From Candidatus Berkelbacteria bacterium CG_4_10_14_0_2_um_filter_35_9_33_12 (GTDB taxonomy: Bacteria; Patescibacteriota; UBA1384; GWA2-35-9), in contig PFQF01000027.1 of NCBI GenBank assembly GCA_002793435.1, positions 1-38,326 on the forward strand: a stretch of DNA of 38,326 nt, written 5' to 3'. Within the stretch, counting starts at the first letter, position 1; every line of letters begins with the position of its first letter. A program made the translations under genes and the position numbers. This document shows positions 7,894-16,338 of the stretch, piece after piece. The notes under the pieces were generated by a model that worked only from the letters and a program-made list of their open reading frames with translations, was not told where the DNA came from and searched no databases.

Positions 7894-10128
7894 ATGATTT
7901 TAAATACCAATTCGTTTTTAGATTATCTTTTTAAGCATCAAGTAATTAACAAAGCTGAAGCTTCTTTTTTAGAACAAAAATTTGGAGATATTTCTAAGAT
8001 CGTCGAGCTCATTGTTAACAAAAAAATTACTAACTATGAGCAAATATCTAAAATTTCAGCCGAAATATTAAATATTCCGTTTGCGAAACTTGAAGGAAGG
8101 GAAGTTGATTTAGGTATTTTATCGATTATTCCAGTTGATCTTTCAATAAAATATGGTTTGGTTGCCTTTGAAAAAGCTGGTAATGAAATAAAAGTAGCGG
8201 TGGCAAGACCTTATTTATTGCAAAGTTCTGATATTGGAGTCGCTGGATGGCTAAAAAATATTGATAAAGGGATTTACAGATTTTCAATTGTTGCCAGTAC
8301 AATCAATGATGTTGCTAACTTGATAAAAAATTATCAACAAAAAATTGATGCAGTCGTTCTAAGTAGCCAAAAAAAAGATAATCAAAATCAAATCATTACT
8401 TCTAATCTACCGACAATGGATTTATCCAATAGAGAGATTGATTTTGAAACAATATCAATATTTCCTGAAGAAATTGTTCGAAAGTATCAAGTAGTAGTGA
8501 TTGAAAAAGTATCAGATTCTTCACTTCGAGTTGGATTGATTGACCCAAACGATGAAAATACGCAAAAAACATTAAAATTTATTGAAAATAAAAATAATAT
8601 TTTTATTGAACAATATAAGATTACTCAAACTGATTTTGATCGTTTAGTTAGAAATTATCATCCTAAAATACAACCAACAGTTGAGGAAAAAGAAATAATA
8701 GGAAAAACTAACACGCAAATTCGAGGGGATGAAGTAAAATACCCAATAAAACCAATCTCAAAAAAGAACGATATAGGTCCAGTTAATATCAGTTTGGACG
8801 AAATTAAAACGATTCCGTCTACTAGTCCAGATGTACTTGCTGGGAAAACGACAATCAATGAAGAAGATAAGGGCTTAGAAGAAACTAACTTGGATAAATT
8901 TTTAGGCAAACCAGTAACAACGGTTGAAGAACTTTCGGAAAATATGAAGTCCGGTCAAATTCCTAAAATAGTCGCATCGTTAATTAGTTTTAGTATCATT
9001 ATTAAAGCCTCTGATATTCACATTGAGCCACAAAAAGATTTGTTAAGGATTAGATTTAGAGTCGAAGGTGAGTTGCGTGAATACTTAAAATTACCTATTT
9101 CTTTGCACCCGCTAATTTCATCTAGGATAAAAATATTATCCGGCTTAAAAATTGACGAACAAAGAATTCCTCAAGATGGTCGCTATGATGGAATTGCCAA
9201 TGGGCACGAAATTGATATTCGTGTTTCATCTCTACCGACAATTCATGGTGAAAAAATAGTTATGCGTGTTCTAGACAAAGATGCACAAAATTATCAGCTT
9301 GATAATCTCGGTTTAAATAATATTGATCAAAAGAGATTAACAAATGAAATTAATAAACCGTGGGGGATGGTTCTTGCGACTGGTCCAACAGGGTCGGGGA
9401 AAACAACCACTTTATATGCAGTTTTAAATAAAATATTAACTCCAAAAATAAATGTTATCACTCTGGAAGACCCGGTTGAATATCAAATTGAGGGAATTAA
9501 TCAAGTTCAAGTCAAACCTAAAATTGGTTTTTCTTTTGCGGAAGGATTGAGAAGTATTTTGAGGCAGGATCCAAACATAATTATGGTGGGTGAAATTCGG
9601 GATAGCGAAACTGCCAGTTTAGCGACTCAATCGGCTTTGACTGGTCATTTGGTACTATCAACTTTACACACCAATTCATCTTCGGGTGCTTTGCCAAGAT
9701 TAGTTAATATGGGGGTTGAGCCGTATTTAATTACTTCAGCTGTCAATGCCATTGTTGCTCAGAGATTAATCAGAAAATTGTGCCAAGATTGCCGAGTTGA
9801 AAAGGTAATGCCTGACGCCGAGTTAGAAAAGATTAATGAGATGATCAAAGATAAAGTAAAAGTTGATTTAAAAACTACTAAATTCTATGATAAAGGGGAA
9901 GGTTGTGATAAATGTCATGATGGATTTTTCGGCAGAGTTGGCTTGTATGAAATATTAGTTATGAGTGATAAAATTGAGCAAGCGATAATTACTAATAAAC
10001 CGGCGACCGAAATTGAAACTATTGCTAGAAACGAAGGTATGATTACACTTCTACAAGATGGTATAATAAAAGTATTGAAGGGTTTAACTTCGTACGAAGA
10101 GGTTTTAAAAGTAGCTATGGATAAATAA
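7894..10128 (+). CDS. pilB: Type IV pilus assembly ATPase PilB (GspE family) with an extended N-terminal region
   Basis: Intact Walker A GPTGSGKTT, Asp box ITLEDPVEY, Walker B DPNIIMVGEIRD, His box TGHLVLSTLHTN, and a tetracysteine motif CQDC...CDKC. At 744 aa it is longer than the usual roughly 560 aa. Confidence 0.93.
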   Translation: MILNTNSFLDYLFKHQVINKAEASFLEQKFGDISKIVELIVNKKITNYEQISKISAEILNIPFAKLEGREVDLGILSIIPVDLSIKYGLVAFEKAGNEIKVAVARPYLLQSSDIGVAGWLKNIDKGIYRFSIVASTINDVANLIKNYQQKIDAVVLSSQKKDNQNQIITSNLPTMDLSNREIDFETISIFPEEIVRKYQVVVIEKVSDSSLRVGLIDPNDENTQKTLKFIENKNNIFIEQYKITQTDFDRLVRNYHPKIQPTVEEKEIIGKTNTQIRGDEVKYPIKPISKKNDIGPVNISLDEIKTIPSTSPDVLAGKTTINEEDKGLEETNLDKFLGKPVTTVEELSENMKSGQIPKIVASLISFSIIIKASDIHIEPQKDLLRIRFRVEGELREYLKLPISLHPLISSRIKILSGLKIDEQRIPQDGRYDGIANGHEIDIRVSSLPTIHGEKIVMRVLDKDAQNYQLDNLGLNNIDQKRLTNEINKPWGMVLATGPTGSGKTTTLYAVLNKILTPKINVITLEDPVEYQIEGINQVQVKPKIGFSFAEGLRSILRQDPNIIMVGEIRDSETASLATQSALTGHLVLSTLHTNSSSGALPRLVNMGVEPYLITSAVNAIVAQRLIRKLCQDCRVEKVMPDAELEKINEMIKDKVKVDLKTTKFYDKGEGCDKCHDGFFGRVGLYEILVMSDKIEQAIITNKPATEIETIARNEGMITLLQDGIIKVLKGLTSYEEVLKVAMDK

Positions 10129-10130
10129 TT

Positions 10131-11192
10131 ATGCAATCAACCAATATTTCAATCAGGATTTTAGATAGTGCCATTGAGCAAAATGCTTCAGATGTTCTTT
10201 TATTAGTTGGGGCTCCGCCGTTGCTTAGGATTGATGGACGAATTTATGCGATTTCAGGATTAAATCCGCTTGATAATTCAACCAACGAATTAATTTTAAA
10301 AAATTTGGTCGGAGAAAATAAAATTAGAGATTTAGAATCAAAAAAAGAAGTTGATTTCTCTTTGTCGTATAAAAATTTTCGAATTCGTGGTTATGCTTAT
10401 TATCAAAAACAAACAGTTGCGATTAATTTGAGAATTATTTCTCAAGAAATTAAAAGTTTTAGCGAATTAGGTCTCCCTCCAATTATTGAAAAATTAGCTA
10501 GTAGTAACCAGGGTTTATTAATTATTTCCGGTCCAACCGGACACGGAGTTTCAACCACTTTGGCTTCAATTATCAATCATATTAATTCTAATTTTAATCG
10601 TCATATAATTACACTCGAAAATCCAATTGAATATTTATTTCCATACAAAAAGTCAATTATTTCTCAACGAGAAATTGGGCGAGATGTAATTTCTTATTGT
10701 GAAGGGTTAAAAAATATTACCAAAGAAGATCCAGATGTGATTATGCTTAGCGAATTGAGAGATAATGATGCGCTAGAAATGGCTATAGAGTTAGCTGAAA
10801 TTGGGCATCTAGTAATTATTTCGAGCAATGCAATGTCAATTAGCCAAGCAATTGATAAAATAATTGATAATTTTGAACCAAATAAACAAGACGCAATGTG
10901 GCAAACGGTAGCGAATAGCTTGTTGGGGATTATTTCACAACGTTTAATCCCTAAAGCTAATAAAGGTAGAGTTTTAATTGCTGAAGTAATGATGAATAAT
11001 CCAGCTATAAAATCGTTGATTAAAGAAGGCAAAACTAATCAAATTGAAAATATTATTGCTACTTCGGCTGACGAAGGCATGATGTCGATTGATCGAGTTT
11101 TAGCTTCATTGGTATCAAAAGGAGAAGTTAAAATTGATACAGCGCTATCGTGGGCAAGAAATCCAAAAACCTTAAAAGAACTGATTTATTAG
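10131..11192 (+). CDS. pilT: PilT-family retraction ATPase homologue with degenerate catalytic motifs
   Basis: Full-length colinearity with PilT (ASDVLLLVGAPPLLRIDG, DPDVIMLSELRD, NPAIKSLIKEGK). However, Walker A reads GPTGHGVSTT (Val140 at 10548-10550 replaces the Lys). The His box reads GHLVIISSNA (Asn233 at 10827-10829 replaces the His). Confidence 0.85.
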   Translation: MQSTNISIRILDSAIEQNASDVLLLVGAPPLLRIDGRIYAISGLNPLDNSTNELILKNLVGENKIRDLESKKEVDFSLSYKNFRIRGYAYYQKQTVAINLRIISQEIKSFSELGLPPIIEKLASSNQGLLIISGPTGHGVSTTLASIINHINSNFNRHIITLENPIEYLFPYKKSIISQREIGRDVISYCEGLKNITKEDPDVIMLSELRDNDALEMAIELAEIGHLVIISSNAMSISQAIDKIIDNFEPNKQDAMWQTVANSLLGIISQRLIPKANKGRVLIAEVMMNNPAIKSLIKEGKTNQIENIIATSADEGMMSIDRVLASLVSKGEVKIDTALSWARNPKTLKELIY

Positions 11193-12257
11193 TTGATTAT
11201 GAATTTAAATATTAATATATCATGGTTTGATAGAGTTACGATAAAAGATAAAGCTTTTTTTGCTGAACAAGTTGGAACAATGATTCAGTCTGGGCTACCA
11301 TTAGTCCAAGCGATTGATGTAATTAGTCAACAAACTAAAAAAGAAAAATTTAAAAAAGTTTTAGAAGATATTCATAAGGATATTGAAACTGGCAAAACTT
11401 TTTCTGAATCAATTAAAAAACATCCAGAAATTTTTGACAGAATATTTTCTAATATGGTTATGGCTGGAGAAGCATCGGGAAAACTGGATGAAGCGTTAGT
11501 TGAATTGGCTCGCCAAATAAACCGTAATAATAATTTTATCTCTAAAATTAAAGGGTCGCTTTCGTATCCAATTTTTGTGATTGTGGTAATGTTGGGAGTA
11601 GGTATTTACGCTACGGTCAAAATAATTCCGTCTTTAACTGGGGTTTTTAAAGAAGCCAATGTGACCCTTCCTTGGTCAACCAAACTAGTTATGGCGCTTT
11701 CCGATTTTATGATTCATTATTGGTATTTATTAATTTTGATAATAGTTGTAGCCGGTGTTGTTGTATACTATTATTTAAAAACCGACAATGGAAGATGGAA
11801 TCGGGATCTATTATTAACTAAAGAACCAACCAAATTAGCTACTAAAATCTATATGGCAAGATTTTCTCGGACATTGGGATCGTTGTTAAAAAATGGCATT
11901 CCGATCATTGAAGCAGTTGATATTGTTTCAGAAACTATCAATAATTTAGTGATTGAAAAATCATTAAAAAATGTAATTCAGGAATTAGAAAAAGGTATCC
12001 CGATGAGTCAACCGATTAAAGAAGATAAAAATTTTCCGATCTTTATTTCGCAGATGATGGCAGTTGGGGAACAAACCGGTCGAGTCGATCAAATTTTGTT
12101 ATCATTGGCTGATTATTTTGAACAAGATGTCGAAAATAATATTAAAAATATATCCACATTGTTTGAACCAATAATAATTGTTATAATTGGTATAGGAGTC
12201 GCTTTTCTGATATTTTCGATTATTCTGCCAATCTACTCAATTTCACAAGGAGTCTAG
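11193..12257 (+). CDS. pilC: Type IV pilus platform protein PilC (GspF family)
   Basis: Two GspF-type repeats with three TM segments, and typical motifs (FSxMVxAGEASGxLD, ISQMMAVGEQTGRVD). TTG at 11193 directly follows the pilT stop. An alternative ATG lies at 11199. Confidence 0.9.
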   Translation: MIMNLNINISWFDRVTIKDKAFFAEQVGTMIQSGLPLVQAIDVISQQTKKEKFKKVLEDIHKDIETGKTFSESIKKHPEIFDRIFSNMVMAGEASGKLDEALVELARQINRNNNFISKIKGSLSYPIFVIVVMLGVGIYATVKIIPSLTGVFKEANVTLPWSTKLVMALSDFMIHYWYLLILIIVVAGVVVYYYLKTDNGRWNRDLLLTKEPTKLATKIYMARFSRTLGSLLKNGIPIIEAVDIVSETINNLVIEKSLKNVIQELEKGIPMSQPIKEDKNFPIFISQMMAVGEQTGRVDQILLSLADYFEQDVENNIKNISTLFEPIIIVIIGIGVAFLIFSIILPIYSISQGV

Positions 12258-12321
12258 GATAAATTACCAATTACTACATCTCTCTGGTCGAAGAGATGAT
12301 AAGAAAAAATATGGAGGAAAT

Positions 12322-12723
12322 ATGTTTAACAAAAAAAACAAGGGATTTACATTAATTGAATTGTTAGTGGTTATTGCTATTATTGGTATTTTGGCGGGAA
12401 TTGTGGTGGTTGCAGTGGGTAATTCAAGAAATAAAGCGACTAATGCAAAAGTAATTGCAAGCTTAGAAAATATTTGTAAAACGATTGCAATTGATGCCGT
12501 ATCTTCATCAACAGGTTTAAACACTTTGACAAATGGAGCGTCGGGAACAAGTGGTTCATTACTGAAAGCTTTGGGAATTACTACTCTTCCTACTGGAATC
12601 ACAACAACACCAGCAACTCCTGCTACCAGAGCTGCGGCAATAACTAGTGTGAAGGGAACGTATACTGATGGATCCGGTATCACCAAAACATGCAATTCTA
12701 GTAGTAATTGGTCAGTAATTTAA
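12322..12723 (+). CDS. pilA: Major type IV pilin (class III signal peptide)
   Basis: GGAGG at 12313-12317. The leader is MFNKKNKG followed by FTLIELLVVIAIIGILA with Glu5. It sits immediately before the prepilin peptidase gene. Confidence 0.9.
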   Translation: MFNKKNKGFTLIELLVVIAIIGILAGIVVVAVGNSRNKATNAKVIASLENICKTIAIDAVSSSTGLNTLTNGASGTSGSLLKALGITTLPTGITTTPATPATRAAAITSVKGTYTDGSGITKTCNSSSNWSVI

Positions 12724-12745
12724 ATCAATATTATAATTAGAATTT

Positions 12746-13456
12746 GTGATCGAATTGTTTGGTTTTGTGTTCGGAGCGGTTATCTCATCTTATCTTTATA
12801 CAACAGTCGAAAGAAATGTAGATAGCAAAAACAAGACGCTTTTTTCTCGGTGTAATAAATGTAAAAAGCGTCTTGTTTGGTATGAATTGGTGCCATTATT
12901 AAGTTATTTAATTCAACTCGGAAAATGTCGGAAGTGTAAAAATATTATTCCAATTCGCTATTTTTTGCTTGAGCTTATTTTTGGGCTGATATTTTTATTC
13001 TTTTATTTATTTTTTAATAATTTGATTGAAGCAATTGGTTTGTGTTTAATCTTTTCAATACTATTTTATATTTCTTATTATGACTTTTTAACTCAAGAAA
13101 TTTCTGAAATCGCACTAGCGTTATTATTTGTAGTAATATTAATTTCTTTATTTGTACTTAATAATATTACTATATTAAATCTTTATGGTGCTTTGGTATC
13201 AGGAGGAATAATTTTCCTTTTTTATTATCTATCTAAAGAAAAAGCAATGGGCTTTGGTGATGTCGAGTTAGTGCTAGCTCTTGGTTTTTGGATTGGTTCA
13301 GAATGGTCATTATATTTTATTTTTTTAGCTTTTATTTTGGGTGGAATTTATGGCGCAATCGTACTGTTATTTAAAATCTCTAAACTAAAAGACCGAGTTG
13401 CCTTCGGTCCGTTTTTAGCCCTCTCATCATTAATAATTTACATTTTCTCCATATAA
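12746..13456 (+). CDS. pilD: Prepilin peptidase / N-methyltransferase PilD (peptidase A24)
   Basis: GTG start. It has the CNKC...CRKC cysteine pairs, polytopic TMs, the GFGDVEL (GxGD) motif and a C-terminal FGPFLA motif. Confidence 0.9.
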   Translation: MIELFGFVFGAVISSYLYTTVERNVDSKNKTLFSRCNKCKKRLVWYELVPLLSYLIQLGKCRKCKNIIPIRYFLLELIFGLIFLFFYLFFNNLIEAIGLCLIFSILFYISYYDFLTQEISEIALALLFVVILISLFVLNNITILNLYGALVSGGIIFLFYYLSKEKAMGFGDVELVLALGFWIGSEWSLYFIFLAFILGGIYGAIVLLFKISKLKDRVAFGPFLALSSLIIYIFSI

Positions 13457-13457
13457 A

Positions 13458-13492
13458 CTGTTACATTTCTTCGATGTATGTAACGGTTTATA
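13458..13492 (+). terminator. Hairpin plus T-rich tail after pilD (possible intrinsic terminator or attenuator)
   Basis: ctgttacat (13458-13466) pairs with atgtaacgg (13478-13486), giving a 9-bp stem with one G-U. It is followed by tttataattt. Confidence 0.4.
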
Positions 13493-13523
13493 ATTTATTA
13501 AATCAATGATAAAATATATGTAG

Positions 13524-14006
13524 ATGAAAAAAACACCATTAAAAATGGGCTTTTCTTTGATAGAGCTATTAGTAACTATTTCAATTCTTGTTTTATTAAC
13601 CGGTTTGACAATTCCATCTTATCGAAGTTACCAACGCAAAACCGGACTTGATTATTATAGTAAATTGATAAAAAACGAAATCCAATTTGCTCGATCGTAT
13701 TCATTATCTCCACCTACGGAACATATTGGCTTTGATATGTTTGGAGTCACGATCAACACAACCAACAATACTTTTCAAAAGATAAAAAAATCAAGTGACA
13801 CTGGTGATGTTATTACAATTGAATCACCATTAATTATTGATGGTGATTATACATTGGCAACTACTAGTAGTCCTCCCGAAATATATTTTGAAGTTGGAAG
13901 AAATGGAGAAATAAGCAGTGAGGTTGTTGTTGAATTAACAGAAAAAAACCTTAGTCAAACAAAAACAATAACCGTCAATCAATCAGGATTAATAACTATA
14001 AATTAA
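13524..14006 (+). CDS. Minor pilin / pseudopilin (GspH/FimU-like)
   Basis: Prepilin N-terminus MKKTPLKMG followed by FSLIELLVTISILVLL. Confidence 0.8.
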   Translation: MKKTPLKMGFSLIELLVTISILVLLTGLTIPSYRSYQRKTGLDYYSKLIKNEIQFARSYSLSPPTEHIGFDMFGVTINTTNNTFQKIKKSSDTGDVITIESPLIIDGDYTLATTSSPPEIYFEVGRNGEISSEVVVELTEKNLSQTKTITVNQSGLITIN

Positions 14007-14476
14007 TGTTCATTATTAATAAAAAAAAATCAGCCTTTGGGCTAATTGAAACGATAATTGCATCCGGGATTTTAATTGTTGTGGTTGGAGCATTAGCTTT
14101 AGTTTCAAGTGTAGTTCTAAAATCGTCTCGCCAAACAAGCGAAGATTTAATGGCAAATTATTTAATCTATGAAGTTTTTGAATCAGCACGGCAAATTAGA
14201 GGTACAAATTATATTGATGAAAATTCTGACACTAGTTGGGATAATGGATTGACGATCGGGGATGTAAAATTAAATTTTGCTGATCCATTAATACCAAGTT
14301 TTGGTGTTTCGACGGAGGAAAAAATCAATGATGTGCGAGGAATTGACTACACAAGAAAAATTAATCTTAAAAAAATATCGACTGACAAAATAAAAATTAC
14401 AGTTACAATCACATGGGGTGATAGTAAAGAAAGAAAATCAGCCATTATATTAACTAATTATGAACAAGGTTTTTAG
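14006..14476 (+). CDS. Minor pilin (PilV/GspI-like)
   Basis: TAATG overlap with the previous gene. The N-terminus is KKKSA followed by FGLIETIIASGILIVV (Ala at -1, Glu5 present). Confidence 0.7.
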   Translation: MFIINKKKSAFGLIETIIASGILIVVVGALALVSSVVLKSSRQTSEDLMANYLIYEVFESARQIRGTNYIDENSDTSWDNGLTIGDVKLNFADPLIPSFGVSTEEKINDVRGIDYTRKINLKKISTDKIKITVTITWGDSKERKSAIILTNYEQGF

Positions 14477-15053
14477 GAATAAAAAAAGAAACGGTTTTAC
14501 TTTAGTCGAAGTTCTAGTTGCTATGACAATATTTTCGATGGTAGTGGTTATGTCTGCGACAACTTTTACTTCTTCGTCAAATGTGAATAGAAAAATTAGT
14601 GGTTCAAGCTTAATCCAAGAAAAAATTTCAGTTTTTCTTGATCAAATGTTGAGTGAAATACGACAGGCAAAATACGCATATTTTGAAACAGATTCATCTA
14701 AAAATAGACTAACAATTATTATGCCCGACCCGAACTTACCAAATAATGAAATAACCAAAATTTATCAAGTCAATAAGACCAGCGGGAAGATCACGGGAAT
14801 TACAGTTAAAAAAAATAGTGAAACGACTCAAGATATTGATATGAATGGAGTTGAGATTAAAGAGTTTGTATTTTCTGGCAATCCTGTCAGTAACGGAATA
14901 GATGGTAGTGTAAATAATGAAAAAACTATAATAAATTATCCATTTATTCGAGTTAATGCGATTTTTGCTTCGAGTATTGATAAAACTGTGCCGGACTATG
15001 AGATTAATACAATTATGACATTACGCAATTTCAAAAAAGATTATAGTGATTAA
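14460..15053 (+). CDS. Minor pilin (PilW/GspJ-like)
   Basis: 17-nt overlap with the previous gene. The N-terminus is NKKRNG followed by FTLVEVLVAMTIFSMVV. Confidence 0.75.
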   Translation: MNKVFRNKKRNGFTLVEVLVAMTIFSMVVVMSATTFTSSSNVNRKISGSSLIQEKISVFLDQMLSEIRQAKYAYFETDSSKNRLTIIMPDPNLPNNEITKIYQVNKTSGKITGITVKKNSETTQDIDMNGVEIKEFVFSGNPVSNGIDGSVNNEKTIINYPFIRVNAIFASSIDKTVPDYEINTIMTLRNFKKDYSD

Positions 15054-15834
15054 AAAATTTAACCATAAAAAAGGTTCATCATTGATTATTGCAGTTCTTT
15101 TAATTGGTGTTGTTTCAGTTGTTTCTTTCGGGGTGAGTAGTTTGACGATGAATGATATGAAATTACACCGTCTATTTGTTGGTTCGGGTGAAAGTTATTA
15201 CGGAGCTGAAAGCACTATGGAGGAAGCGTTGCTTGAAGTAAAAAATGATCGTAATTATTCAACGACTGGACCAGTTAATTCAGCGATAAACGGGGGGGAT
15301 TTAACCGCAAATCACATTGCTACATATTATGGCGATTATTTTTATATTGAAAAAATTAAAAAAGACGATTTTGTTGATGTGCTATTGGGGGTGGATTATG
15401 CAACCGGAGATGAATTATGTATTGCACGATTTGATACAAATGATCCAATTATTCAAATAACCGAAAACGGAGGAGGTGGGGTACTTAATCGTACTAATAT
15501 ATACCCAGTATCTAATCCCGCCCAGTACGCAATAATCAATAATGATCCAGTTTCAATAAGAATAAATTTTATTGGACCAGAAGTTAATAATCTTTATATC
15601 AAATCAACAGACGATAACTGTTCAAACATAGACATAAGTACTCTAGAAAAACTTAAGAATAGCATTATTGGATTAAACAAAAAATACGATATTGATACTG
15701 GCAGTTTAACAATCAAGGCGACTGGGACTTACAAAAATTTAAACCGCCAATTGCAAGCGACGATTGATAGAAAAAGTGGCACCTTGCTTAATATCTTTGA
15801 CTTTACTCTTTACTCAATTGGTGATATAGACTAA
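15046..15834 (+). CDS. Large minor pilin lacking Glu5 (PilX/GspK-like)
   Basis: GTG start and 8-nt overlap with the previous gene. The N-terminus is HKKG followed by SSLIIAVLLIGVVSV, with no Glu at +5, as in GspK-type tip pseudopilins. It is the largest of the four. Confidence 0.55.
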   Translation: MIKKFNHKKGSSLIIAVLLIGVVSVVSFGVSSLTMNDMKLHRLFVGSGESYYGAESTMEEALLEVKNDRNYSTTGPVNSAINGGDLTANHIATYYGDYFYIEKIKKDDFVDVLLGVDYATGDELCIARFDTNDPIIQITENGGGGVLNRTNIYPVSNPAQYAIINNDPVSIRINFIGPEVNNLYIKSTDDNCSNIDISTLEKLKNSIIGLNKKYDIDTGSLTIKATGTYKNLNRQLQATIDRKSGTLLNIFDFTLYSIGDID

Positions 15835-15844
15835 ATTATATTTT

Positions 15845-16276
15845 ATGAAAATAATTACAATTAACACTGATGGTGGAGCTAGGGGCAACCCCGGTCCAGC
15901 CGGAATCGGGATAGTAGTTTCAGATGGGAAAAATAAACTAGCTGAAATTAAAGAAAAAATTGGGGAGACAACTAATAATGTTGCCGAATATAGAGCCGTT
16001 ATTAAAGCGCTCGATTGGTTGCAAGAAAATATTGACCAAATAAAGCCGGATCGGATTAATTTTAATCTTGATTCAATGTTGATTGTCAATCAAATTATTG
16101 GGAAATATAGGATTAAGCAGGAACATTTAAAACTATTAAATCAAAATATTCAAGAAAAGATTAAACTATTTAATATTCCGATTAATTTTAATTATATTCC
16201 ACGAACTCAAAACAAAATTTCTGACAAACTTGTCAATCAAGTTCTCGATGAAAAAACAAGCTTATCAAATAAATAG
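15845..16276 (+). CDS. rnhA: Ribonuclease HI (RNase H type 1 fold)
   Basis: Motif run TDGGARGNPGPAGIG ... NNVAEYRAVIKAL ... LDSMLIV ... SDKLVN fits the DEDD catalytic pattern. Confidence 0.8.
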   Translation: MKIITINTDGGARGNPGPAGIGIVVSDGKNKLAEIKEKIGETTNNVAEYRAVIKALDWLQENIDQIKPDRINFNLDSMLIVNQIIGKYRIKQEHLKLLNQNIQEKIKLFNIPINFNYIPRTQNKISDKLVNQVLDEKTSLSNK

Positions 16277-16291
16277 AGACATATTGATCAA

Positions 16292-16316
16292 TGCTGATAA
16301 ACCTTGCTTATCAGCA
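16292..16316 (+). terminator. Stem-loop after rnhA (9-bp stem, 7-nt loop), no U-tract
   Basis: tgctgataa (16292-16300), loop accttgc, then ttatcagca (16308-16316). Confidence 0.3.
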
Positions 16317-16338
16317 GACAGGTTCCAAGATAAACTGG

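Noticed and set aside
10694-11032. 112-aa minus-strand ORF inside pilT. Similar nested or antisense ORFs lie at 1088-1276, 2597-2779, 2953-3440, 3846-4046, 4920-5162, 5337-5576, 7248-7466, 8658-8909, 9915-10136, 15814-16089, 16831-17061, 17686-17940, 18160-18402, 19016-19234, 19301-19483, 21779-22248, 22673-22870, 23487-23675, 24008-24205, 28602-28793, 29460-29726, 31323-31618, 32635-32823, 33250-33441, 36793-37104 and 37438-37704
   Set aside because: All are fully embedded in longer ORFs with clear family identity. They lack ribosome-binding sites and have composition-driven, low-complexity translations.
12258-12321. Short hairpin catctct-N8-agagatg between pilC and the pilin gene as a terminator
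   Set aside because: It has only a 7-bp stem and no U-tract. It is more likely incidental, or a minor processing or attenuation site. I cannot support it from sequence alone.
12331-12338. Poly-A tracts in pilin leader codons (A8 at 12331-12338, A9 at 14021-14029, A7 in the 13524 and 14460 genes) as phase-variation switches
   Set aside because: Lys-rich prepilin leaders in an AT-rich genome naturally give AAA runs, and similar runs are frequent throughout the window. There is no evidence of variability from a single sequence.
12264-12695. 143-aa minus-strand ORF covering the pilin gene
   Set aside because: It is a mirror ORF of the pilin gene, whose codons are rich in ACN/GCN/GGN. It has no RBS or family signal. 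The plus-strand product has an unmistakable prepilin N-terminus.
15845-16276. RNase H-like gene as part of a retroelement or diversity-generating retroelement targeting the giant protein
   Set aside because: No reverse transcriptase ORF is present, and I saw no template/variable repeat pair in the window. The protein has a stand-alone RNase HI DEDD pattern.
16318-16335. tRNA-like T-loop resemblance (ggttccaag) after the rnhA hairpin
   Set aside because: No complementary T-stem, acceptor stem or anticodon arm can be drawn around it.
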